Assembly: GCA_043228905.1 (NCBI GenBank)
Contig: JBHGNT010000004.1
Span: 15,934,001 to 15,998,000, forward strand
Source: Azolla caroliniana
Taxonomy: Eukaryota > Plantae > Polypodiophyta
Direction of reading: 5' to 3'
DNA length: 64,000 nucleotides
In this document: one piece after another, positions 10,929 to 23,400 of the stretch
Numbering within the stretch: the stretch's first letter is position 1
Layout of the letters: each line of letters opens with the position of its first letter
Program-made: the position numbers and the translations under genes
Notes under the pieces: model-generated
Database searches by the model: none
What the model saw: only the letters and a program-made list of their open reading frames with translations
Told to the model about the DNA's origin: nothing

Positions 10929-12995
10929 CTACCTTATGTTAGCAGTTTTTAACCACGAACATCCTAATAACAAAGGATAAGCACCAGGAGTCTCTAAATG
11001 AAGAATAACTGCTGATATCAGAAAACTATGACCACCCAATACTACCTCTAATTGGCGGAATAACCCAATTGGTCGTACTGTAGTGGTATCCACCATTCTA
11101 AGCCAAAATGGGCAAGCTTCCCATTTAGTAATTCCTAACCTATCACAGGTGGTTTTATTAATGACATTAACTCTTGAGCCACCATCGATAATCGTATTTT
11201 CGATTTCGTGACCCTGAATTATTACCTTAATTAACGGATTTTGCTCATCCATGATTGAAGGACTGTTGCTCGGCTGACTATAATTTACCGATACTTGTTC
11301 TGACCCCTTTTGAGCAATTAATGTCGCTACTTTTTTGGTAAATCTAGGAACCAACTTAAGTCATTCGGTCAATGGTAATGATGCTTGGCAATCTGCCAAG
11401 AGTTTCCAAGCTTCCTCTTGTTCTTGTATAGGAATTACTTCTGGTAATTCGTTAGCTTGATTAACTTCATTGTCTTCGAGCATCCGGTTTATATTATTTC
11501 TATTTGCTTCCTCTACCCAATCCTTGGCTGCTTTCCGAACTGCTTCCTGAATCTCACACTCGGATTGTTTACTTTTGCTCCTGGGGGTTACTTGCTGTAA
11601 CTCCGGCATAACCATGTTAACCGCCGGTCCTTTCCCTTTCGTAGGAGACTGATTAGCATAATGACCAGTTTGACGGCAAATATAACAAGTAGGAACAAAT
11701 GTTCCACTGCCCTCGCCTTGCTCAAATTGACTAGTCCCATCATTTTGCATAAACTGTTGACCATCATTCGATGATTGCTGAAACTGTTGTGAGGCTTTCG
11801 GTTTGTAGAATTTTTTATTTTTATACCGTTTCTGCTTAAATTGTCCTCCATTTTGCTGTTGCTGATTCATATTCGGTTGTACCGAGAATTCTTGATTTTG
11901 TTGAAAATTATTTTCTTGAAAATCTTGATTGCGCTGGAATTTATTTTGCTGAAAAGCTTGATTGTTTGGAAAATTATTTTGTTAAGCTTGTGGAAAACTA
12001 GTTTGTTGGTAACCATTATTGAACGAATTTTGTTTATTGTGGTACCCATTTTCCAGAAAAATTTGTCTTACTGAAGCCGTCGTATTAAGCAAGTTATACT
12101 CACATTGCTCAACCGAATGAAGTTTAGAATGACATATTGTGCAATGTGTCTGCAGACTACACTCGATCGTCGAATGACCAGTATTTAAACAAGTAGTACA
12201 CTGAACTGCTTGTCGAAATTGTAACTCCTCCATTGTTGACAATGTACGATTTAATGCTGACATATCCATACTTCGTACATTTATTGGTTGTCAGCCTATA
12301 GCGATTGCCTTATCAATCACTTGTTCGATATTTTGATTCCGGAAATCAAACACTTTCAGTGTTGTTCGTAATGGTTCCCGAATTGCCTCAAGGAATACAT
12401 CCTTCAATTCATCGTCTGGAATAGGCCTAGAAATTTGCAGTTATAAATTCTGAAAATGGATCACGAATTGAGATATTGTTTCCTGCTGCTCTTGATATAA
12501 CGCATAAAATTGCGCTATCAAGTCTTTCTGAGGTATTTGACGATGAAATAACTGCAAAAATTTGTTGTTCAATTGTTCAAATGTTTCAAACCCACGGAGA
12601 CCATTTTGCGCGAACCAATTAGCGGAATAACCCTCTAATGACAAAACGAACTCAACAATCTTCGCCTTATCTTCGGCGATCGCCAACAGTCTCTAAGCTC
12701 CATGGTTAATCTCCCATGTTGTCAAAAAGTCCCGCACATGCGCTTCTGCATCCGCTCCCTCGCGGAACTTTGAGTATGGATAAGGCATATTGTCCTCACT
12801 CCAAATATCGTAAAATGATACCTCTTCTGGCTGATTTTCGTCGAAAGACTGACTATAAGTTAAATCAGGAAGTACCGACCACCTTCTACTTGTTTCCTGC
12901 TGTAAGCCCTCAGCCAATTTTGTCTCTATTGATTTCGTAACAGAATGTGTACGAGGACGTTTACAACTGACTGGTGTATTCAGACCAGACGACAT
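10929..12995 (-). pseudogene. gag: G1 gag and aspartic protease
   Basis: PYSKFREGADAEAHV, LYQEQQETISQF, knuckles CTTCLNTGHSTIEC / CTICHSKLHSVEQC / CYICRQTGHY, protease IIDGGS...LLLGCSWL. Confidence 0.85.
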
Positions 12996-13005
12996 CCATT
13001 TGTCT

Positions 13006-13328
13006 TGTTCTCTGCTATGTGCAGATGGTGATAACAGACACCGAGATCGTGACTTATTTAATATAGCTTAAATAGAAATAATAGATGACAAGAAGTAATT
13101 CGTACACAGATATTTCCTAACAACTTTCTATTACTAAATACAACGATAGCTTTTTACAATTCCTTCGGTTCCTTTTATAGGTAACTCGAAGGTCTTTTCT
13201 CATCAAGAAATCCTACTTTTTATACTTAACAAGAATTACAACATTCCATAACTAACTATGTCCTATTCGGCTATTTGCTGAGTCATCGATCCGAACTGCC
13301 GATCCAACTCTGACTCCGACTCCGAACA
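13006..13328 (-). repeat. Putative 5' LTR of G1
   Basis: TGTTC...GAACA inverted termini, TATAAAA at 13173-13179 (minus), abuts a copia protease fragment; partner LTR is not in the window. Confidence 0.6.
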
Positions 13329-14580
13329 TCTTTCCTATACCGACACATTCATACTTGTCCGGGTAACAATCATGGCCCAGTTCTCAGTGAATTCGATAGT
13401 CAACCCATTGGTGGTAGCCTGTCCAATTGACAATAAGAGTTTTGCCACTCCAGGTACATAATACACGTCTGTAATTTTTATGTGATTATCATTTACCATT
13501 ATCAAACAAATGTTACCTTTTCCCACTACTTGTTTCGGTCCATTGTCTCCGAATACCATCCTAAGTGGGGTTGACAGTTCTTGATAGTCCTCCAGCCAAT
13601 CCTTTAGATATGTAAGATGGTGTGTAGCACCTGTATCAAGAAACCAGGTATCATGATCTCATTTCTTTCCCCCTCCTTCTCCATCAGTATTGATGTGATA
13701 TGCTTGGATGTATACTTCTTCATTCTGGTCTTCTCCATTATCCGAAGAGTATTCAGATTTTCCTCATTAACTTCTTGGATGCCTACACTGTGTGTTTGTG
13801 GCCAGCTTGCTTTATTTAGATCAGCTTGCTTGAATCAACACACTCTTTCTGTGTGTCCATCCTTTTTACAATACCTACATGTCACCTTGAAGCTTCCACT
13901 TTGTTGAGTTCCATATGTATAACTTCTTTGTCCATCATTCTTGTTATTTGATTTATTTAACTCAAGGGCTTTCCCTTTCCAAGCTTTATGTCTTTGTCGA
14001 TTGCTGGTTGATATTGTTGATATCTATTGACTGAAGCAGCCATGGACATTGGTTGATTTGCCGCTTTCTTTTGTCGTCGAATGTCTTCATGAGGAATCTT
14101 TGTAAGTAACTCTGGAAGTGATTTGGTGTTACTGTTTATGGTAGTGAATGTTCCCAACAATTCAAGAAGTTTGTTTAGCATTAAACCTATCTTTATATCT
14201 TCTGGTATAAGGTTGCCACCGGTAATATCATCATCCATGGCTTCCTCCTAGGTAGCTATGAAGGTAGAAACATCTTCATTTTCCTGCAACACACACATAT
14301 TGAATAATGCACCTAATGTATGTAGTTTAGTCGTACCATCATGTGGCTCGTACAACTCTTTCAGTTTTGCCCATAGTGCAACAGTCGTGGTGAGTCTTCG
14401 GATAATGTCTGCTTGCTTGTCCTCTACGTGTAGTAGAATTTCCAAGCATGTCATTTTATCTTGAGCTTTCCATGTTTTCCATTCTTCTAATGTTTTATCT
14501 ATTGGATCTTCCTAAGTGCCATCCACAACCTCAAGAAGCCCTTCAATATCTAGTACTAATTCTATCTTCGACTTCTCTAA
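13329..14580 (-). pseudogene. Ty1/copia gag-protease fragment, truncated by the G1 insertion
   Basis: WFLDTGA protease, YYVPGVAKLLLSIGQAT, CRYC..GH...C knuckle; clearly related to the copia polyprotein at 30510. Confidence 0.8.
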
Positions 14581-14678
14581 GACATATTTCCTGCTAATCT
14601 AAGACATATTTCCTGCTTGATGTAGTCATATTGACTGTGGATATTGATAGAGAGATGATAGAAAGAAGAGAGAAGGAA

Positions 14679-16428
14679 GATATATAGATCCAAAACCACA
14701 AAGATCTATTGATAATGAATAATCATGATGGAAGGAAGAGAGAAAGAATATACATAAATCCAAGTCTACAAAGATATATGGATAACAACACAACCACACT
14801 ACATGAATAGGCAAGAAAAACACCACAACAAGTAGACTCTCTCTTCCACCACCTTACTCTTCTTGCTTTATGTGAAGTTTTGCTCTACTACATAAGTTTC
14901 CCTAGCGTCCTTTTCCACGCTTTTTTTAGAGCTTTTCCATCTCCTATTCTTAGCTATGACACAACTATCTTCTAATCGCCATATCTCCCTCATCCGAGAT
15001 CCAAATTTAGAGATTTAAAAATCTACGGATAGCTCTCTTTACAAGATTTCAAACCTATATTTGAACATGATATTTGGCTTCGAAACGAATGAGTTATGAG
15101 TGTTCGTTTCAGACTATATTTTGGTGGCCCACTTTTTTGTTCTTTTACTTTTCTCCATCTTTTCTTGCTTTTAGTTTGACTTATCCTCAAGAACTTGGTT
15201 CGTATTCTTGACCTTTGGATGTTAATTCTCCATACCTTATATTTTTGTAGTGTCCAATACCTTGAATTCTAAAATCACTTTCACATTTAGCCCTCCCCCT
15301 TGCTTCTTAGTGAACCATTTATGGTGAACCCTAATCTACTAATAAAACCAAAGATTCTCCTTCGCCTTATTCATGGCTATAGACAAAGAAAGAGAGAATA
15401 AATAAAAAAGAAACAAATTATGTGAGTAAAAAATCCTGCTAGTCGATAGGAAAAATCTCACACACCCACACACATTGACAATTGCCATCATCATCTTTCT
15501 CCTTGTCAACACAAAGAAAGAGGTTACCACAATTACTATGTCTTTGTCAAATCTCCAAACACAAGTAGGTCCATGCGATACATAACTCTTGATAGAAGTA
15601 AGCATGTCAACATATGAATAAACCATTTGAGCGAGCGAACCTTTTGCACAAATACCTTCAAAGCTTCGAGACTTGTTGGAGTTGTCACCTTTTGAATTAC
15701 TTTGATCTTTGATTCCACGTGAATTCCTTCTTGGCATATGACATTCTCCACACTACCTTGTTTTGTATATTTGACCATTTCATCTATAATCTCATCTCGA
15801 AAAGGAAGCAAAAATAGATCTCGTTTGGTTGAATCATTCAAGGGTTGGAAGTTGATGTGTTTCTCCCAACAATAGGTGATATATATATCCAAAACCACAA
15901 AGATCTATTGATAATGAATAATCATGATGGAAGGAAGAGAGAAAGAAGATACATAAATCCAAGTCTACAAAGATATATGGATAACAACACAACCACACTA
16001 CATGAATAGACAAGAAAAATACCACAACAAGTAGACCCAACACCAACTTACTCTTCTTTCTTTATATGTTCTCCTCTACTAGATAAGTTTCCTTTGCTTT
16101 CTTTTCCACGTTTTTTTTAGAGCTTTTCCATCTCCTATGCTTAACTATGACACATCGATCTTCTAATCGTCATATTTCCCTCATCAGAACTCCAAATTTA
16201 GAGATTTAAAAAGCTATGGATAGCTCTCTTCATACGCTTTCCAGCCCATATTTGCACATTATATTTGGCTTCCAAACGAAGGAGTTATGAGCGTTCGTTT
16301 CAGACCGTGTTTTGGTGGCTCGCTTTTTTCTTCTTTTACTTTTCTCCACGTGTCTTGCTTTTTGTTTGACTTATCCTCAAGACCTTGATCCGTGTTCTTG
16401 GCCTCCGGATGTGAACGCTCCATACCTT
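14679..16428. repeat. Pair of ~550-bp direct repeats (14679-15238 and 15878-16428) around a highly degenerate Ty3 RT remnant (minus strand)
   Basis: Colinear sequence in both copies; the spacer translates as INFQPLNDSTKRDLFLLPFRDEIIDEMV and ICQEGIHVESKIKVI (RT-like). Confidence 0.7.
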
Positions 16429-17652
16429 ATAAACCGATGCACCACTAATGGAATGCATGAGCTAACTCCATACGAGCTCCTCGTCGGAAGGAAGTCGATC
16501 CTGTCGCACCTCAAGGTGTTCGGAAGCATTGCGAATGTACGCATCCCGAACGAACAATGACAGAAGCCCGACGCGAAGTCGAAGGAATGTATCCTCATAG
16601 GATACTCGTCAGAGAAGAAGGCATACAAGTGCTACAACCCTTCTACCCGAGCGGTTTGGGTAAGTCGAGACATAGACTTCGACGAGTACGCATCCTGGTA
16701 CGCACCAGAGACAACTACGACTCCGACTCCGCTCGATCCGGAATCCGCCGAACAAGAGGTAGAAGATGGAGATCGCTTCGAACACATGTTCGAAGAAAGT
16801 CCGATTACGGCAAGACCTTGTGGGCCACAAGAGCCCCCACGCACGTCGCGGCCAAGTACGAACTTGGACAAAGGCAAAGGTAAGATGCCCGAATACGAAG
16901 TTGACCACCCCGACGACAATGATTCGGATGGATCAACTCCTTCAGTAGATAGTGAGTTCAGTGTACACATCATGCGGACACCCGGAGTAAAGAAGGTGCT
17001 CACATCAGCGAGCAAAAAACTTCGACGCTCATCTAGAGCTAAGAACCTCGTCACTCAGCATGACTACAATGAGTACATGGCCCATCATTACGCCTTCGTG
17101 ATGAAGGTAGCGACCGAACAAGAGCCCAAGAGCTCCACCGAAGCGGCTCGTAACCCACGATGGGTGGAAGTAGTCGACCTTCACCCACACACTACAAGCC
17201 TTTGTCACCAGCTTGAGGGGAAGGAATCGAGATTGCCACGATGAAGAAAGCCGAAGGCCAGACGAAAGCACACGAAGCCGACAAAAGCCAAAGAGGATGT
17301 CAGACACCTCACACTTGAGCTTGAGGGGGCGTGTTGAGAGATCAAGCTCAACTTAGTTTAGTTAGTTAGTCAACCATGTAACTTCGTAGTTACCTAGATA
17401 GAATCTAGTTAGAAGTGTTGACTATAATGACTTAAATAGGACCTTGTACTTAATTGGGATATTCTAGATCCTCCACTCCTAAGTACATTTAATATAGGAC
17501 TTACACATTAGTACCTATATTATACTCACACATGTGCAGCTTTGCACATGAGATGTATATATACCTCATTGTGGGTATTTTTGTATTTGATGATGATGTT
17601 CAAGCTAATTTAATATACTTACTCATCCCCCATCTTGTGTTGTTCATAAGTG

Positions 17653-17686
<34 letters not shown>

Positions 17687-17787
17687 TCTCACACACATAC
17701 ACGCACATATCACATAAACTTCCGCACTTAACTTAATCACATAATTAGGTACTAATTAACTCTTAATTACTTACCTAATTCTTAACA
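16429..17787 (+). mobile_element. 3' half of an RT/RH-less copia (element E): integrase C-terminus, PPT, 3' LTR 17332-17787
   Basis: YLINRC..TPYE..GRK..LSHLKVFGS; PPT TTGAGGGGGCG; LTR and coding sequence homologous to 42023-43911 in the opposite orientation. Confidence 0.85.
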
Positions 17788-19920
17788 AGAAGATCGAGGG
17801 AGTTCCGGTCATAAGTTCCAGTCCAAGGATCGTTGTTCATGTTTATTATAGAGGCATGTAGGTTCCTCCATGCAAGGCACTGTCCCATAGGCGTGCCATA
17901 TGTGTTATCCTTGGGATTGAAAGTATAGTGTGTTGGTACGTGGATAGATAAGTGTAAAGTCTTTGTATTAAAAGTCATGTCTAAGTGTATGTGCAAATGT
18001 TGACATGAGTAAGTGTGAGTATATTAATATGGTATAGTGGGTCTAAGTTGTTACAAGGTTATGTAACTAACTTACAAACCCCATAGTATTTTCTTGATTT
18101 TTAACCCTCATGTAATGTATCTATCTAACCCCACCATAGGGGACATAAATGAGAGTGGAAGTTTTGCCTCTCAACATTGTTTTGTCTTTGTCTCTCTCTC
18201 TCCCCCTCACGTTGTTCCGGATCCTTTCGATCCTCCTACATAGTGCGAGCTCTACCGATTCCCTAGTTTGGCCTTGCCGGATCCGAATTTATCCAAATCG
18301 GTGCGCTTCTTCTAACACTCACTTTTTCAACGGACTTTCTTGCCACAATACCAACATTCTGTATTAGTTTTCGATTGCCGGTTTTTGGCGCCATCTTGAC
18401 TCCCCCTACTTGTGGAAAGTTTGGAATTGCTATCGGCACTATCTTTGTGCCTTTCATTCTGCTCTTGTCAGTCATCTCCATTGCATGCCCAACCACCTCG
18501 TCCAGCATGCCCACGAGGCCAATCTGCCTCCGTGTGCAACATCTAGTTGTCTGATTGATTCGTCCTCAACCCATGTGCGTGGTTTTCTTCGACCATCAGC
18601 ATCGATTGCAGGTCAAAGAAGGACGTTGGTTTCTCCTGGATGCAAATCATACTCCGGATAGGCCCCTACCTTTGTGCTAAACCACAAAAGCAAATCTAGA
18701 ACATTTCGTCTTGATTCACCATCGCATTGATGAACCCCAAGCATCACAGATCTCCTTTATCTTGGTGGTATGGTTGGTAACCGTCATATCCCGTTCTCAA
18801 ATGTGGTTGATCTCTTGTCGAAGCTGCCACTTCTGGGTTGTGGTGCTTGTCGTGAAAATCTTCTTCAAATTTTCCCAGGCTTCTTTCGGTGCTTTTGCAT
18901 CCTTAATGTAGTTGAGCATTTGGTCATGCACATAGGACGCGAAGGAGTATAATATTGTGCTCGCTCCTTGCTCCCATGCTAGGAAGTCCTTGTGTGTTGG
19001 CTCCGACGCTACTTCATTTGTTCCCTCAACATAGCTCCAGTATCCGTGTCCGAGCAAGTATTGGTGGATCTTCTCTGACCAAGATGCGTAGTTATTTCTG
19101 TTGAGCTTCTCTGTTGGTAACGAGCTAGCCATACCTCGGTCCATTCTTTCTTCAACTTGTTCTTTAACCGGAAGTTAGCTTGTCGTCTATCTGGTGCTTT
19201 CTGTCAGTAGTAGAGCTTTGATACCATGTAACGAGTTACGTGCGGAAGATCGTAGCTATAACCAACTTCACTGATTATGAATAGAAAATATTTGCAAGTT
19301 TAATGGAGGCTTCATGAGACAGGGACAGACTGTCACAAACAGACCAAGCGTGGACTAGGATGGAGCATGGATGATGGGGCAATGAGCGAAAGATGAACTT
19401 TGAGCTAGATGTGACGAGGCAAGGAACGCTAGATGTTGTGAGCGACATGAGGGCATGAAGACAGAAATAAAGATCAAGGAGACAAAGATGAGGTGAAACG
19501 AGAACGCTAGATTGATGTGTCAATGACTGGTGATGAATCCCTTGAAAGGGACCAAGGATGTTACAAGTATTTATACAATTGCCGAGATTGAATATCTCTA
19601 GAATATACTCGTTCGAATATACCAAAGAATAATTCTAGAATATACTAACGATTAGAATATTCTTGAATGTACTATACACTAGACTCTACCATATATACAA
19701 GTTCATAATCGAATGTGGATAGTTCACAAGAGTTTCCATATGGTTAACACAACACAATGTACTATGTGTGTTAAAAATCAGAGGTTGAGTCTAAACTGTG
19801 ACATTATCCCCCCCTCTTATGCCGCCTTCCCAAACTGGTCCTTGGCTGAAGGGTATATGTTAATGAAAATCTTAGACCAACTCCAAAGTATTTTGTAAAT
19901 CCTAGACAAGGAGTAACCCT

Positions 19921-20440
19921 AGGGCATGATGGGACCATGTGCGGTCCTTGCCCAGGACTGGAACACGAATACCAATGGGCATGAGTGACCATGTGTAGTC
20001 CCCGTCGAGAATTCAATCACGAATACCAACTGGCGTGAGAGACCATGCTTGGTCCTCATGGGGAACACGGACACCAACGGGCATGAGAGATTATGTCGGT
20101 CCTTGCCAACAGTTGGAACATGACCACCAACAGGCGTGAGCGACCACGTGTGGTCCTTACCGCGAACTGGAACACGAACAACAACAGGCATGAGCGACCA
20201 TGTCGGTCCTAGCTTGGAACTGGAACACGAACAATAGTGGGATTAAGTGACCATGTGTGGTCCTCACCGGAGACTGGAACACGAATACCAATGGCTGTGA
20301 GTGACCATGTGCGGTCCTCACAGGGAACACGAACACCAACCGGCATGAGAGACCATGTCGGTCCTCGCCGAGAGTTAGAACACGAACACGAACGGGCATG
20401 AGCGACCATGCATCCCTCACCGAGAACTGGAACACGAACG
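19921..20440. repeat. ~40-52-bp minisatellite, left part
   Basis: Recurrent gaacacgaac..gggcatgagcgaccatg..cctcaccgagaactg units. Confidence 0.9.
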
Positions 20441-23400
20441 TGTCAGGATGGCCACAACTAAGCTTAGAATCATACACAGAAAACGGAAACGAAAAACACG
20501 ACACAAAGGAGAGAAAGAGTACACAGGATGTTTAATGTGGAAAACCCTGAGAGAGAAAAACCACAGGAGTCCATAGACTCCAAACTATCACTATATAAGA
20601 ATGTACAATAGTTGAGCACCGAGGTACCAACCTCGAGCTTGCTAAACCCTAAACCTGGTTACAATAGAGATGCAAACTCTTCGTCTCTTTCTCTCTCTCT
20701 CTCTCACTTTGTACACTGTTACGCGCTTTCTCTTCTTGCACCAACAAGAATGACAACTACATCTCTGTTTTGCCCTAAGTCATATTTATACTAATATGAC
20801 TTTTCGGCTATTTACAAATATAGCCCCGAAGGACTCTCAGAGACATATTTACGAATATTTCCCTTCATCTGGTGAGCGCTCCTCACCAGCCCTGCATCAT
20901 CCGGATCTTGCCGGGTACTCCTCATCCGGTTCATACCGGGTCTTCCGTAGCCGGGTGCTCCTCATCCGGTTCTCACCGGGTCTTCCGAAGCCGGGTGCTC
21001 CTCATCCGGTTCTCACCGGGTCTGCACCATCCGGCTCATGCCGGGTACTCCTCATCCGGTTCACACCGGGTCTTCCGTAGCCAGGTTTGCTCATCAACAT
21101 TGTTCTTCTCCCTTCCCATCCGTAGGGACCTGTTTCCTAACAAACTCCCCCTTCACTCCGGCATGGGATGTCTTACTAGTCCGACTCGCTTCCGGCATGC
21201 GTCCAGCTTGTCGGGTATCAATACTTTGGTCAACATATCTGACCCGTTCTCGGCCGTGTGGATCTTCGTCAACCCGAACTCTTGGTCATCTACTCTTTCT
21301 CGGATCCAGTGATACCTTCGCTGGATATGCTTTGTCCGGGAATGGTCGGCCGCATTCTTAGCAAGGTGGATGGCACTTTGACTGTCGCAATAGAGCCGGT
21401 ATTCATCTTGCCGGATGCCGAGCTCTCCGATGAAGTCCTTCATCCATAATATTTCCTTGTCGGCTTCCATAGCCTCCATGTACTCCGCCTCCGTGGTTGA
21501 CAACGCAACCATCTTCTGTAGCCTCGATTGGCATGAGACGGCTGCCCCTGCATATGTCATTACATACCCGAATGTAGACTGACTGGTATCCACATCAGCC
21601 GACATGTCCGAATCGGTAAACCGTCAACTTGAGGTTTTCCGGAGCCGAATCGGAGACACATGTTCGAAGTTCCCTTCAAGTACCGGAGTATCCATTTGAC
21701 TACGTTCCAGTGCTCCTTGCTGGGATTGCTCATAAACCAGCTCACCACTCCGACTGCGTATCCTATATCCGGTCGAGTACACACCATTGCGTACATCAAG
21801 CTCCCGACGGTAGAGGCATATGGAACCTTCATCATATCAGCCTTCTCTGCTTTCTTCTTCGGGCTTTGCTTACCGGATAACCTGCAGTTTGCCGGAAGTG
21901 TCGATCCGACCGGTTTCGCATCTGACATGTTGAACCGCTGAAGCACCTTTGTCACGTACTTCTCCTGTGACAGCCACAATTGTTTCATTGACCGGTTCCG
22001 GATAATATGCATCCCCAGCATCTGTCTTGCCGGACCCAAGTCTTTCATCGCGAAGGTTCGGTTGAGAGCCTTCTTCAGCATCCGTATTTTGGCTTGGTCC
22101 CGTCCGACGATCAACATGTCGTCCACGTACAGAAGGAGTATCATGAAGTCGCCTCCTTCGAACTTCTTCACAAACACACAGTGATCGGCCTGCGTCTTGT
22201 GGTACCTTTGATCGGTCATGAAGGAGTCGAACTTCCGGTACCATTGTCAGGGAGCCTACTTCAGTCCGTACAAGCTTTTCTTCAACCGGCACACCAGGTG
22301 CTCCTTCCCCTTCTCCACGAATCCTTCTGGTTGCTGCATGTAGATCTCCTCTTCGAGGTCACCATGAAGGAATGTCGTCTTCACGTCTAGCTGCTCTACC
22401 TCGAGGTCCATGCTTGCCGCTATACTCAGCACCGTCCGGATGGAGGTCATCTTTACTACCAGGGAAAATATCTCGTCGAAGTTCACGCCCTTCTTCTGTT
22501 GGAACCCCTTCACCACGATCCTGGCTTTGTATCTCGGGGGGTTGCCAGTATCTCCCGATTTCAACTTATACACCCACTTGTTTCAGAGTGCCCGCTTTCC
22601 TTTCGGCAACTCCACCAATTCGTACGTATGGTTCTCATGCAGGGAATCCATCTCATCCTGCATGGCACTTAACCATTTGCGGTTGTGGGTGTCATCCTTC
22701 GCTTCTTCGAAGCTTTCTGGCTCCCCCTCGTCGGTTAGCAGCACATGCTCTGCATCCGGAAATCTCCGGGGGGCCTTCTCTCTCTGAGAGGATATCTCCG
22801 TCTTTGGGCTTCGGTAACCGGATCCTCCATTTGCTCTTCATCCGTATCCGATTCGGGTTCTTCGCCGGTACCGGTTTCAGCTTCCTCTACTTCTTCTTTT
22901 GCCGGTTCGGTATCCTCACCGTAACCTGCTGGTTCCTTGAGTGCTAACCGGTCTCTTGCTCGTTGGGTCTGCTTATCGTAGATTCGATCCTTACCGGTCG
23001 ACTCGGAGTTCATTATCTTCTTCTCCGACTCCCAGTCGGCGAGCGTCTTGTCCTCCATGAAGATAATATCTCGACTCCGGAATACCTTCTTGTCGACCAA
23101 GTCCCACACTCAGTAGCCGAACTCATCATCGCCGTAACCGAGGAATATGCATGGCCGGGTCTTTGGATCTAACTTTCCTCTCCGGTCCTTAGCTACATGC
23201 ACATACGCAAGACACCCGAATACCTTCATATGTTGGTAGGATACTTCCTTACCGGTCCATACCCTCTGTGGTGTGTCTCCGTCCAAGGGTACTGAGGGTG
23301 ATCTGTTTATCACATACGTCGCCATCAATAGTGCCTCAGCCCAAAACTTCTTGGGTAGTTTTGCATGCACTAGAATACTCCGGACCCTCTCCATTATGGT

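Larger units (their letters stand above)
1..13328 (-). mobile_element. Degenerate non-chromovirus Ty3/gypsy element G1 (5' LTR, gag, PR, RT, RH, INT, extra ORF); 3' end runs off the window; interrupted by the chromovirus at 4772-10602
   Basis: Ordered minus-strand ORF remnants: gag with CCHC knuckles, protease IIDGGS, RT VFLDD, RNase H, integrase [16 protein letters not shown] with no chromodomain. Putative LTR 13006-13328 has TGTTC...GAACA termini. Confidence 0.85.

Noticed and set aside
12990-13180. Self-priming or tRNA PBS for G1
   Set aside because: Only about 5 bp of complementarity was found and there is no TGG-type PBS; unresolved.
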